Virus record (IMG/VR): IMGVR_UViG_3300034101_003424
Span: 1-64,000 of that record
Source: a virus
Strand: one strand, 5' to 3'
DNA length: 64,000 nt
Of the stretch, positions 41,092-50,827 are shown piece by piece; position 1 is the stretch's first letter, and every line of letters starts with the position of its first letter. The position numbers and the translations under genes are program-made. The notes under the pieces are model-generated. The model was not told where the DNA came from and did not search any database. It saw only the letters and a program-made list of their open reading frames with translations.

Positions 41092-42977
41092 TATGGCAAA
41101 ATTACAAAGCACAGAGATAGTAGGTGTTGCAAATAGACCTGCAACAATATGTTCCAATAGTGTTTGTATTTGGTTTGATACGACTAATACTAAAATAGTT
41201 TATTCATATTGTGGGTATAGTGGTGCAGGTGTCTGGTCAGCAGGGGGTGCTTTGATAACGGCACGAAGATATTTAGCAGGTGCAGGGTCACAAAACGAAG
41301 GACTTGCAGCAGGAGGTTTTACAACTGTAGTGGTATCATGTACAGAAGAATACAATGGTACATCTTGGTCAGCAGGGGGTGCATTGATAGTAGCTAACTA
41401 TGCACATGAAAGTGTTGGTACACAAAATATAGGTCTTGTAATTGGTGGTTATAACGGAAGTATTAATTTAGCTTGTACCGAAGAATACAATGGCACATCT
41501 TGGTCAGTAGGGGGTGCGTTGATAACTGCAAGAAGGGCATCTGCAAGTGGAGGTGTACAAAATGAAGCCTTTGCCGCAGGAGGTCTTACAAGTGTTGGTG
41601 TATCTAATACAGAGGAATATAATGGGACATCTTGGTCAGCAGGAGGAGCATTGATAACAGCAAGATATGTTTTAGCAGGAGCAGGAACGCAAAATGTAGG
41701 ATTAGCTATGGGAGGTTTTACAAATGTGAATGTATCTTGTACGGAGGAATATAATGGTACATCTTGGTCAGCGGGAGGTGCAGTAATAGTAGCAAGGTCA
41801 AATTTAGCAGGAGCAGGTACGCAGAATGAAGCATTAGTTATGGCAGGTGAAATACCCGCAGCATCAAGTTGTACAGAAGAATATAATGGTACAAGTTGGT
41901 CAGTAGGTGGTGTTTTAATAACGGTAAGGACACATATACCTGCAAGTGGAGGTTCTCAGGGAGCTGCATTTTTAGCAGGTGGATGGACAGGAGCTGTTAC
42001 ATCTTGCACCGAAGAATACAATAAACCATTAGCAATAATAGACTGTATTAAATAGAATATACAATATGGCAAAATTACAGAGTAGTGAAGTTGTTGGAGT
42101 TGCAAATAGACCTGCAACAATATGTGTAAATACTGTTTGTTTATGGTTTGATACAACTACTCAAAAACCAATGGCATCTTATTGTGCAAGGAGTGGTGCA
42201 GGAGCTTGGTCAGCAGGAGGTGCGCTGATAACAGCAAGATTTTATTTAGCAGGAGCAGGAACACAAAATGCAGGACTTGTGGTTGGAGGGTATACAAATG
42301 CAAGTGTAGCAAATACAGAAGAATATAATGGTACGTCTTGGTCAGCAGGTGGTGCAATTATAACAGGTAGATATGATTTAGCAGGAGCAGGAACACAAAA
42401 TGAAGGACTTGCTATAGGAGGTTATACAAATGTATCTTTGTCTTGTACAGAAGAGTATAATGGAACATCGTGGACAACAGGAGGTGCTTTAATAACAGCA
42501 AGATGGGGATTAAGAGGTGCAGGTGAGCAGAATTCAGGACTTGTAACAGGCGGTTTTACGAATGTAACTGTTTCATGTACCGAAGAATATAATGGCACAT
42601 CTTGGTCAACAGGAGGTGTAATGATAGTAGGCAGACGCCCATCAATGTCAGCAGGATTTCAGAATGTAGGACTTGCAGCAGGAGGTTTTACGAATGTAAA
42701 TGTTTCATGTACCGAAGAATATAATGGCACATCTTGGTCAACAGGAGGTGTAATGATAATTGCACGATGTTATTCATCAGGAGCAGGAACACAAAATGAA
42801 GCCTTTGTTGCAGGAGGTTATACAAATGTATGTGTGTCTTGTACAGAAGAGTATAATGGAACATCGTGGACAACAGGAGGTGCTTTAATAACAGCAAGGC
42901 ATACTTTAGCAGGAGCAGGTACACAAGGGGCAGGACTTGTAATGGGAGGTTATATAATTTCTTGCACAGAAGAATAC
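40264..42977 (+). repeat. Propeller-blade coding repeats (about 126-138 nt unit), 18 blades in three tandem genes
   Basis: Conserved gaagaata(c/t)aatgg(c/t)acatcttggtcagcagg and ttagcaggagcaggaacacaaaatg frameworks separated by variable loops. Confidence 0.92.
41093..42055 (+). CDS. Six-bladed Kelch-like beta-propeller protein 2
   Basis: Same architecture; first ~60 nt nearly identical to 40141. Confidence 0.8.
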   Translation: MAKLQSTEIVGVANRPATICSNSVCIWFDTTNTKIVYSYCGYSGAGVWSAGGALITARRYLAGAGSQNEGLAAGGFTTVVVSCTEEYNGTSWSAGGALIVANYAHESVGTQNIGLVIGGYNGSINLACTEEYNGTSWSVGGALITARRASASGGVQNEAFAAGGLTSVGVSNTEEYNGTSWSAGGALITARYVLAGAGTQNVGLAMGGFTNVNVSCTEEYNGTSWSAGGAVIVARSNLAGAGTQNEALVMAGEIPAASSCTEEYNGTSWSVGGVLITVRTHIPASGGSQGAAFLAGGWTGAVTSCTEEYNKPLAIIDCIK

Positions 42978-43016
42978 CTAAAATCATCATACACAATAGT
43001 AAATTGTATCTTATAA
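42066..43016 (+). CDS. Six-bladed Kelch-like beta-propeller protein 3
   Basis: Same architecture; internal blade duplications at DNA level. Confidence 0.8.
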   Translation: MAKLQSSEVVGVANRPATICVNTVCLWFDTTTQKPMASYCARSGAGAWSAGGALITARFYLAGAGTQNAGLVVGGYTNASVANTEEYNGTSWSAGGAIITGRYDLAGAGTQNEGLAIGGYTNVSLSCTEEYNGTSWTTGGALITARWGLRGAGEQNSGLVTGGFTNVTVSCTEEYNGTSWSTGGVMIVGRRPSMSAGFQNVGLAAGGFTNVNVSCTEEYNGTSWSTGGVMIIARCYSSGAGTQNEAFVAGGYTNVCVSCTEEYNGTSWTTGGALITARHTLAGAGTQGAGLVMGGYIISCTEEYLKSSYTIVNCIL

Positions 43017-43044
43017 TTTACATATAACAAAAAATAGTTTTAAT

Positions 43045-43920
43045 ATGAATAAATACGTTATTTGGCACATTCAAGGAGGTTTAGGAAAAAATGTGGCAGC
43101 AACAGGATTACCAAAGACAATAAAAGAAGTATATAGTGACAGACAACTTATAATGGTTGTGTCATATCCCGAAGTTTTCCTAAACAATCCTTATGTTGAT
43201 AGGGTATATCCGTTAGGTAATTGCCCCTACTTTTACGAGGATTTTATAGAGAATAAGGATACCCTTGTTTTTAGGCATGAACCTTACAATCAAACAGGAC
43301 ATATTTTAAAGCATAAGCATTTAATTAATAATTGGTGTGACTTACTTGGAATAGAATACAGCAATCAAACCCCTCAATTATACCCCAACTACTCAGAGAA
43401 GATAAATGCGAAGAAATGGTTTAGAGATAAGCCTGTCGTAGTATTACAAACATCAGGTGGAGAGTTAGAATCAAAAAATGTATATTCATGGTGTAGAGAT
43501 ATGCCACAAGATATAGCACAGTTAATTGTAGATAAATATAAAGATTCATTTCATATATTTCATGTATCAAGGCAAGGAGGATATGTTTTAAATAATGTAG
43601 AAAGAATTGATACTAAATTATCTAACATGGAATTATTTAGCATGTTAACTGTATCATCTAAGAGATTTTTAATTGATTCATCTTTGCAACATGCAGCGGT
43701 AGCCATTAATTTACCATCTGTTGTATTTTGGATTGGGACATCTCCGCAAGTTTTTGGTTACGATATGCATACGAATATTGTGGCGAAGCAGATTAATAAT
43801 AAGAATCATTTAATTGGCTCTTACCTATTTGACTTTCAGTTTGATTACAATGTGCATGAATGTCCGTACAGTACCTTAGAGGAAATGTTTGATATAAATG
43901 ATGTAATAAATAAGATATAA
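43045..43920 (+). CDS. Glycosyltransferase, GT-B fold (GT9/heptosyltransferase-like)
   Basis: QGGLGKNV..T, VFLNNPYVD, IDSSLQHAA.A..LPSVVFW. Confidence 0.75.
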   Translation: MNKYVIWHIQGGLGKNVAATGLPKTIKEVYSDRQLIMVVSYPEVFLNNPYVDRVYPLGNCPYFYEDFIENKDTLVFRHEPYNQTGHILKHKHLINNWCDLLGIEYSNQTPQLYPNYSEKINAKKWFRDKPVVVLQTSGGELESKNVYSWCRDMPQDIAQLIVDKYKDSFHIFHVSRQGGYVLNNVERIDTKLSNMELFSMLTVSSKRFLIDSSLQHAAVAINLPSVVFWIGTSPQVFGYDMHTNIVAKQINNKNHLIGSYLFDFQFDYNVHECPYSTLEEMFDINDVINKI

Positions 43921-44838
43921 ATGAAATTTTGCATAGCTACATTGACTCATAGATATGAAGATAGAGATGTTTATTTAAGAAAGACTATAGAAAGTTTTAT
44001 AGATAATACAGAATTTGACGGCATGTTTGATTGGTACATTCATTGTAATGGTCAATATGATTTAATGGATGTTGTCATTAAAGAGATGGCTAGTAAATAT
44101 TGGGATAAGATTAACTTTTACTATTCCTCATCTCCTGATAACATGGGAGTAGGTGTTGGTATTAATTATTTGAATTCATTGGTTAGAGATTATGAGTATG
44201 TTTTATTTTTAGAAGGAGATTGGATTTGTTTGCCCGGCGAAATTTCTGGTCATAATGATTGGTTAAGAGATTGCCTTAATTACTTAGACGAAAACAAAAA
44301 CATCAGTCAAGTGTTACTAAGGAGATACATTAGTGATTTGGATGATAGGCAGTATGGATATGGGTATTGGATACGAGAAGATAATATAAAAAGTGTGGGG
44401 AAGTTAAAAAATACATATCTCCATTTACATAAGAAAGAATATACCAACAATCCATACATAAGAAGAAACAATGACTTTTATGATAAGAACATATTACCAT
44501 TAAATGAATTCTATGATGAAAATGGATTACCTAATGAAATTAAAGGTTTATCCATGTGGGGACAAGCTGAGATACAAGCAGAGTCAAAAGGATATGAAAT
44601 AGAATCATGTTATCTAGCATTTGGGAACATGGTACATTGTGAAGCATGGCATTATTATAAAGAGTATGATAAATTAATTGAGGAAGATATGACATGTAAA
44701 AAGTATTTAGATGTTGGTAAAGCAGGATGTAAATATGGATACTTCTTCCCCGCAAAAAAGTTCTGTGAAGTATGTGACCATTCTAAAAACTTCACGGATT
44801 TAGAAAGACACGAACAGGAATACGAAAGTAAATTATAA
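43921..44838 (+). CDS. Glycosyltransferase, GT-A-like
   Basis: YLRKTIESF, NMGVGVGIN, YEYVLFLEGDW; Cys-containing C-terminus. Confidence 0.65.
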   Translation: MKFCIATLTHRYEDRDVYLRKTIESFIDNTEFDGMFDWYIHCNGQYDLMDVVIKEMASKYWDKINFYYSSSPDNMGVGVGINYLNSLVRDYEYVLFLEGDWICLPGEISGHNDWLRDCLNYLDENKNISQVLLRRYISDLDDRQYGYGYWIREDNIKSVGKLKNTYLHLHKKEYTNNPYIRRNNDFYDKNILPLNEFYDENGLPNEIKGLSMWGQAEIQAESKGYEIESCYLAFGNMVHCEAWHYYKEYDKLIEEDMTCKKYLDVGKAGCKYGYFFPAKKFCEVCDHSKNFTDLERHEQEYESKL

Positions 44839-44842
44839 GGAT

Positions 44843-45772
44843 ATGACACATAAAAGTAATTTTGAGAATGTTTTTTGGCATATAGACAGTATGAGATTAA
44901 TTAGCAACGACTTATATGAAGTAAGCGGTTGGATTTTTAGTACAGAAGGAAGTGTTAAAAAAGTAATTATTGGAGACGTAGAATATGCGAATCTCCAAAA
45001 TGGATTGTACCCTAGAAAAGATGTCAAAGAGGTATATCCTGATTTACCTAATGATCTGGTGGGTTGGACTTTCATGGTTAAACCCTCTAATGTAAATGCT
45101 CCTATAGATATTATTTTGGATAACGAAGTGCAGGTTTCAAATATCGGCACCTTAGATTCCTGGCATGTCTTTAATTCCGGTTTTAATCCTCACGCTTCTA
45201 AAGATATTGTTGTTGTAGATAATTTTTACATGCAACCAGACTTAGTGAGAGACTATGCTATTCATAATCTAAAATATTCCGAATCTGATTACCACAGAGG
45301 CAGAAGAAGTGATACCTCTTTTATACTAAATGGAACACTAGAAAGATTTGAGGAGATATTAGGGAGACCTATCTATAATTGGAACCATCCGGAATATGCC
45401 AATGGGAGATTTCAATATTGTACTTCGACAGATCCTATTGTATATCATGTAGATTCTCAAAAGTATGCCGCCATGGTTTACTTAACGCCGGATGCACCTT
45501 TACAGAGTGGAACCGCAACATACAAAAGCATTCACACAAAAAAGACAAAGTTTGATGAAGCTAGTGGTAAAGATTACGAGAAAGCATTTAAGGGAAGAAG
45601 TAGCGAATTAAATTTTTATGATAAGACATCTTTTGAACTAGTTGATAATATAGCTAACGTATATAATAGATTAGTTTTGTTTGATGCTAAAAATATTCAT
45701 GCTGCTGTAAACTACTTCGGTGACACTAAAGAAAATAGTAGATTTTTCCATTTATTCTTTTTTGATATATGA
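44843..45772 (+). CDS. 2OG-Fe(II) oxygenase (DUF6445-like) with N-terminal Ig-like domain
   Basis: IVVVDNFY..PD.VR, YHVD, AAMVYLTP, NVYNRLVLFD...IH, RFFHLFFF; N-terminal VSGWIF...R.DV...YP. Confidence 0.8.
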   Translation: MTHKSNFENVFWHIDSMRLISNDLYEVSGWIFSTEGSVKKVIIGDVEYANLQNGLYPRKDVKEVYPDLPNDLVGWTFMVKPSNVNAPIDIILDNEVQVSNIGTLDSWHVFNSGFNPHASKDIVVVDNFYMQPDLVRDYAIHNLKYSESDYHRGRRSDTSFILNGTLERFEEILGRPIYNWNHPEYANGRFQYCTSTDPIVYHVDSQKYAAMVYLTPDAPLQSGTATYKSIHTKKTKFDEASGKDYEKAFKGRSSELNFYDKTSFELVDNIANVYNRLVLFDAKNIHAAVNYFGDTKENSRFFHLFFFDI

Positions 45773-47622
45773 AGACTAGATTCCAGGTTATAACAAGATG
45801 TACAAGACCTCAAAATCTTTTACAGATATATGATAGTTTTAATTATACTTCAACTAGCAATCATTTTGTAAATTGGCATGTGTTATTTGACACCTCGTCT
45901 TTGATTGATATTGATTCTAAATTACTTCAGGAATTATATAAGAGAGATGCCATTTTACATTTTTTAGAAAGTGATGGTACCGATTATCTATATCCTCAAA
46001 TAAGTGAACTTGTTAGTAATCTTGATGGAGGATGGGTTGTAATTATGGATGACGACAATATATGCTATCCTAATTATTTTGATGTCCTTAGTGATGAAAT
46101 AAAGAATAATAGCAAGTTGGCTTATGTTTACGAACAAGAAGTAAATGGTAGAGATTTCACCGGACTAGACATAAGGAAAGTCGGCCCGGAGCACATGAAG
46201 TTAAAACATATTGATTCAGCACAATATATCATACATACCTCTTTACATCAAAAATTAAAATATGAACCCGGATATGATGCTGATGGTAAATTTATAGAAA
46301 AATTATATGACGAACATTCTGATAAATTTGGTTTCATAGAAAAACCACTGTGTTATTATAATGCTTTAGCGGTAGAATCAAAAGCTAGAGTTCCTAAAGT
46401 TTTATATTTGGGACCAGATAAACCAGAATTAAAAAGTGTAAAGTATGCAGATTATGAAGACGATTCTCTAAATGTAAAATATATTGAGAACGATCAAAAC
46501 ATAAGTAAAGATATAGCTGATTTTAATCCTGATTCTATCATAAGCATTTCAGATGATTATTATAAAGAATATAAGAACCTATGCAACCAGCCATCCTATG
46601 TTAGAAATAGATGGATTAACTTAAATCCTCACCACGATAAAGAAACAGGGATATCTTATAATGTAGGAGAGATAGCATATAATTGCGCGATGAATAGCAT
46701 ACTTAGGTCTGACTACGATGCGGTGGTTTCTTTCTTTACACCAATTTACAACACGAAAGAAAAACTTTGGACAACTTATGACTCAGTAAAGAATCAGACA
46801 TTTCCGAACTGGGAATGGGTTATAGTTAATGACTCTTCTGACGGAGGTAAAACTTTAAAGATTGCCTTGGAAATAGCATCACAAGACCATCGAGTTAAGG
46901 TATATGACTTTAGAGAAAAATCAGGTGGTATTATAGGCGAATCTAAATACAGAGCAGCAACACTTACTAAAGGCAGATGGTTAGCAGAGTTAGATCATGA
47001 CGATTATCTTATGCCAGATTGCGCAAAGTACATAATAGAGGCAGCTAATAAGTTTCCAGATGCAGGATTCATATATACCGATAGCGTAGAACTAGATGAA
47101 TTTCACAACTCTATGACTTATCCGGATGGGTTTTGTTTTGGTTATGGTAAGTATCGAAAAGAGAATCATTATAGGAATACTTGGGATGTTGTAGATTCTC
47201 CGAACATCAATCCAAAAACAATTAGACACATAGTAGGCGTACCAAACCATGTTAGAGTATGGAGAAGAGATGTTTATTTTTCGGTGGGAGGACACAATAG
47301 AAATCTATCCATCGCAGATGACTATGAATTAATCGTCAGAACATTTCTAAAGACTAAGTTTGTAAAAATACCAAAATTAGGATATCTTCAATACATCTAT
47401 AATAATTCAAATGGAAGAAATACACATGACTTATCAAGAGCAGATATCCAGAGAAGAGTCAGATCAATCATGTATTTTTATAATGATGCAATAAATGAAA
47501 GATTTAAAGAATTAGGAGTGATTGATTATGCATATAAAGAAAATGAAAACAATCCTTTAAATGTAGAAAGTAGATTTGGAGAAGATGAAAACTATGTAAA
47601 TTATATATTCAATGACTTATAG
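45769..47622 (+). CDS. Two-domain GT2 glycosyltransferase
   Basis: N-terminal TRCTRPQNL...MDDDN; C-terminal FTPIYNT, SVKNQTFPNWEWVIVNDSSD, ELDHDD, ADDYEL. Confidence 0.88.
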   Translation: MKTRFQVITRCTRPQNLLQIYDSFNYTSTSNHFVNWHVLFDTSSLIDIDSKLLQELYKRDAILHFLESDGTDYLYPQISELVSNLDGGWVVIMDDDNICYPNYFDVLSDEIKNNSKLAYVYEQEVNGRDFTGLDIRKVGPEHMKLKHIDSAQYIIHTSLHQKLKYEPGYDADGKFIEKLYDEHSDKFGFIEKPLCYYNALAVESKARVPKVLYLGPDKPELKSVKYADYEDDSLNVKYIENDQNISKDIADFNPDSIISISDDYYKEYKNLCNQPSYVRNRWINLNPHHDKETGISYNVGEIAYNCAMNSILRSDYDAVVSFFTPIYNTKEKLWTTYDSVKNQTFPNWEWVIVNDSSDGGKTLKIALEIASQDHRVKVYDFREKSGGIIGESKYRAATLTKGRWLAELDHDDYLMPDCAKYIIEAANKFPDAGFIYTDSVELDEFHNSMTYPDGFCFGYGKYRKENHYRNTWDVVDSPNINPKTIRHIVGVPNHVRVWRRDVYFSVGGHNRNLSIADDYELIVRTFLKTKFVKIPKLGYLQYIYNNSNGRNTHDLSRADIQRRVRSIMYFYNDAINERFKELGVIDYAYKENENNPLNVESRFGEDENYVNYIFNDL

Positions 47623-48277
47623 TGTAATCATTCCTACATTATGGAGATGTAACTTAGAGGAATTTTATAATACCCTGCGAATTTTCTGCGGGGAACCTCA
47701 AATAAAAGAAATCATATTAATAGACAATGACATAACATTTAAACAAACAATAAAACAAAACATATTAAACATAAGCTATAAAATAAAATACTATCCACAA
47801 CAAGAAAATATATATGTAAACCCATCATGGAACTTAGGCGTATCAAAATCCAGCGGGGAACACTTAATGATAGTAAATGATGACTTCCACATAACATCTA
47901 AAAAAACATTAAAAAACATATTAAAAACACATCAAGATAATAAAGACATATTAAATAGCATATATGGAATATCAACATCATGCTACATAGAAGAACCAAC
48001 ATCAAATAAAATATACTTAACAGACAATGAAGGAAGAGGAACCGGGTGGGGATGCTTCTTCATATTACATAAAGATACATGGACAGACATCCCAAATGAA
48101 TTAAAAATATGGTTCGGAGATGACTACATAACAAAACATGTATTAAGAAATGGAGGAAAAGTCTATACATTCAAAAATATACATGCATATCCATTCTCAC
48201 AAACAATATCTCTACAAATATTTAATAGCATCCTAGATAATGACACTAAAATATACATGGAGAAATATGACATTTAA
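47612..48277 (+). CDS. GT2 glycosyltransferase
   Basis: SVIIPT, IILIDN, NIYVNPSWNLG, IVNDD, GWGC, IWFGDD. Confidence 0.85.
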   Translation: MTYSVIIPTLWRCNLEEFYNTLRIFCGEPQIKEIILIDNDITFKQTIKQNILNISYKIKYYPQQENIYVNPSWNLGVSKSSGEHLMIVNDDFHITSKKTLKNILKTHQDNKDILNSIYGISTSCYIEEPTSNKIYLTDNEGRGTGWGCFFILHKDTWTDIPNELKIWFGDDYITKHVLRNGGKVYTFKNIHAYPFSQTISLQIFNSILDNDTKIYMEKYDI

Positions 48278-48290
48278 CTTTGTTACTGCA

Positions 48291-48298
48291 TATTTATA
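48291..48298 (+). promoter_or_regulatory. Putative late promoter TATTTATA
   Basis: Upstream of fibre-propeller gene 48317. Confidence 0.7.
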
Positions 48299-48316
48299 AG
48301 TAATAACATGTAAGTA

Positions 48317-50737
48317 ATGAGAATAGACCAAATAGAATTATCAGGTTCGTTATTTGTCACAGCAAGTGCATCAATCATATTAGGACAGACTAAGATATCC
48401 TCTGACAACAACGGGTCAATATCTTTTACAAATGTCAGTAACCCAACGCAAAAAGTAATAGGTTCATATTCGGGTTCATTCACAGGTAGTATAAAATTAC
48501 CTACTATTCCACTTGGTACTTCCGAAACAAATATAGTATTGGTTAATGGTAGTGGAGGTCTAGTATATAGAAGCAACCTATCTTTAACGGGTGCTCAAGG
48601 TAGTCAAGGTGCAACAGGAGTACAAGGAACTAACGGCACTGTAGGTACACAAGGTTTTCAAGGCAATCAAGGTTCTCAAGGTAACCAAGGTATTCAAGGA
48701 ACAGTAGGAACACAAGGAACTAACGGCACTGTAGGTACACAAGGTTTCCAAGGCAATCAAGGAACAACGGGTTTACAAGGCACTACAGGAGCTCAAGGCA
48801 CTCAAGGATTTCAAGGTATTCAAGGAACAGTAGGTACACAAGGAAGTCAAGGAGCAAATATAGCATCCACTGAATCAAGACCATCTCCCATAAACGCAGA
48901 CCAAATGTGTTTATGGTTTGACACCACAAGTAAGATGCCAATGGTTTCTTATTGCATTAACACATCATTAGTGGGTTCTTGGTCAGCGGGAGGGGCATTG
49001 ATAACGGCAAGATTCGGTTTAGCAGGAGCAGGAACACAAAATGCGGGACTTGTAGCAGGAGGTTATATAAATGCAAACGTAGCCTGCACCGAAGAATATA
49101 ATGGCACATCTTGGTCAGCAGGTGGTGTATTGATAACAGCAAGACGTTATTTAGCAGGTTTAGGGACACAAAATGCAGGACTTGTAACAGGAGGCTATAC
49201 AAATGAAGTAGTAGCCTGCACCGAAGAATATAATGGCACATCTTGGTCAGTAGGTGGTGCATTAATAACACCAAGATATGGTTCAGCAGGAGCAGGAACA
49301 CAGAATGCAGGTCTTGCAACAGGAGGTTATTTTTCAGGAGGAGGTGTGTCTTGTACAGAAGAATACAATGGTTCATTATGGTCAGCAGGTGGTGCATTGA
49401 TAACAGCAAGACAAATATTAGCAGGTGCAGGTTCACAAAATGCAGGTCTTGTTGCAGGAGGTTATTTTTCAGGAGGAGGTGTGTCTTGTACAGAAGAATA
49501 TGATGGTACATCATGGTCAGCAGGAGGTACACTAATAACAGCAAGGTATGCTTTAGCAGGAGCGGGAACACAAAATGCTGGACTCGCATCAGGAGGATAC
49601 CCAACTGTATCCTGCACCGAAGAATACAATGGCACATCTTGGTCAGCAGGAGGTGCATTGATAACAGCAAGAGGTTATTTTGCGGGAGCAGGTACGCAAA
49701 ATGCAGGACTTGTAGCAGGAGGGATTGGAGGCACAGCATGTACAGAAGAATACAACGCACCAACCGAAATCGTTGACCGTAGTTTAGACTCATCTTACAA
49801 TACAGCACAATATCCAAATAGACCTGAGATACTTGAAACAGGAATGTGTATGTGGTTTGATTCTGTGAATAGAAAACCTATGGTATCTTACTATGGGTTT
49901 GGAGGTATTGGTTCTTGGTCAGCAGGTGGTGCATTGATAACTGCAAGAGGTTATTTAGCAGGAGCAGGGACACAAAATGAAGTATTTATAGCAGGAGGTT
50001 ATGCTGGAGCTAATGTATCATGCACAGAAGAATACAATGGCACATCTTGGTCAGCAGGAGGTGCATTGTCTACTGCAAGACATGTTTTAATAGGAGCAGG
50101 AACACAAAATGTAGGACTTGTAGCAGGAGGAAATAATGGTGCAAATGTTTCATGCACAGAAGAATACAATGGCACATCTTGGTCAGCAGGTGGTTCATTG
50201 ATAACAGCAAGAGGATATTTAGCAGGTACAGGAACACAAAATGAAGCATTTGCAGCAGGGGGTTCTTCAAATACAATTGTCTCATGCACAGAAGAATATA
50301 ATGGCACATCTTGGTCAGCAGGTGGTGCATTAATAACAGCAAGATATCGTTTCGCAGGAGCGGGAACACAGAATGCAGGTCTTGCTATGGGAGGTGACAC
50401 AGGTGCGGGGACTGCCCTTACTTGCACAGAAGAATACAATGGCATTGCATGGTCAGCAGAGAGTGCAATGACAGTTTCAAAATTTTATTTAGCAGCAGCA
50501 GGAACACAAAACGAAGGTATTGCTTTTGCATCATATACAAAGGAAACTTGTACTGAAGAGTACAACGGTATATCTTGGTCAGCAGGTGGAGCAATGTCAA
50601 ATTCAAGATACGGCCCACTTGCAGGAGCAGGTACACAAAATGCAGGACTTGCAGCAGGAGGTACAGGCGGTGGAGTTGCTCGTTCTTTCACAGAAGAATA
50701 TAATAAACTACTTCAAATAGTTGATTGCTGCTTATAA
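48317..50737 (+). CDS. Collagen-like tail fibre carrying two six-bladed Kelch-like propellers
   Basis: MRID.I.LSGSL start, G-X-Q collagen, then 2x [RP....MC.WFD...PMVSY + 6 blades]. Confidence 0.85.
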   Translation: MRIDQIELSGSLFVTASASIILGQTKISSDNNGSISFTNVSNPTQKVIGSYSGSFTGSIKLPTIPLGTSETNIVLVNGSGGLVYRSNLSLTGAQGSQGATGVQGTNGTVGTQGFQGNQGSQGNQGIQGTVGTQGTNGTVGTQGFQGNQGTTGLQGTTGAQGTQGFQGIQGTVGTQGSQGANIASTESRPSPINADQMCLWFDTTSKMPMVSYCINTSLVGSWSAGGALITARFGLAGAGTQNAGLVAGGYINANVACTEEYNGTSWSAGGVLITARRYLAGLGTQNAGLVTGGYTNEVVACTEEYNGTSWSVGGALITPRYGSAGAGTQNAGLATGGYFSGGGVSCTEEYNGSLWSAGGALITARQILAGAGSQNAGLVAGGYFSGGGVSCTEEYDGTSWSAGGTLITARYALAGAGTQNAGLASGGYPTVSCTEEYNGTSWSAGGALITARGYFAGAGTQNAGLVAGGIGGTACTEEYNAPTEIVDRSLDSSYNTAQYPNRPEILETGMCMWFDSVNRKPMVSYYGFGGIGSWSAGGALITARGYLAGAGTQNEVFIAGGYAGANVSCTEEYNGTSWSAGGALSTARHVLIGAGTQNVGLVAGGNNGANVSCTEEYNGTSWSAGGSLITARGYLAGTGTQNEAFAAGGSSNTIVSCTEEYNGTSWSAGGALITARYRFAGAGTQNAGLAMGGDTGAGTALTCTEEYNGIAWSAESAMTVSKFYLAAAGTQNEGIAFASYTKETCTEEYNGISWSAGGAMSNSRYGPLAGAGTQNAGLAAGGTGGGVARSFTEEYNKLLQIVDCCL

Positions 50738-50799
50738 AATTTTGCGGAGAAGAACCAACATAAAAAAACACATGTACAATATAAACAAAATAAAATGTC

Positions 50800-50807
50800 T
50801 ATTTATA
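50800..50807 (+). promoter_or_regulatory. Putative late promoter TATTTATA
   Basis: Upstream of fibre gene 50828. Confidence 0.7.
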
Positions 50808-50827
50808 ATTAATAAACTCTACATTTA

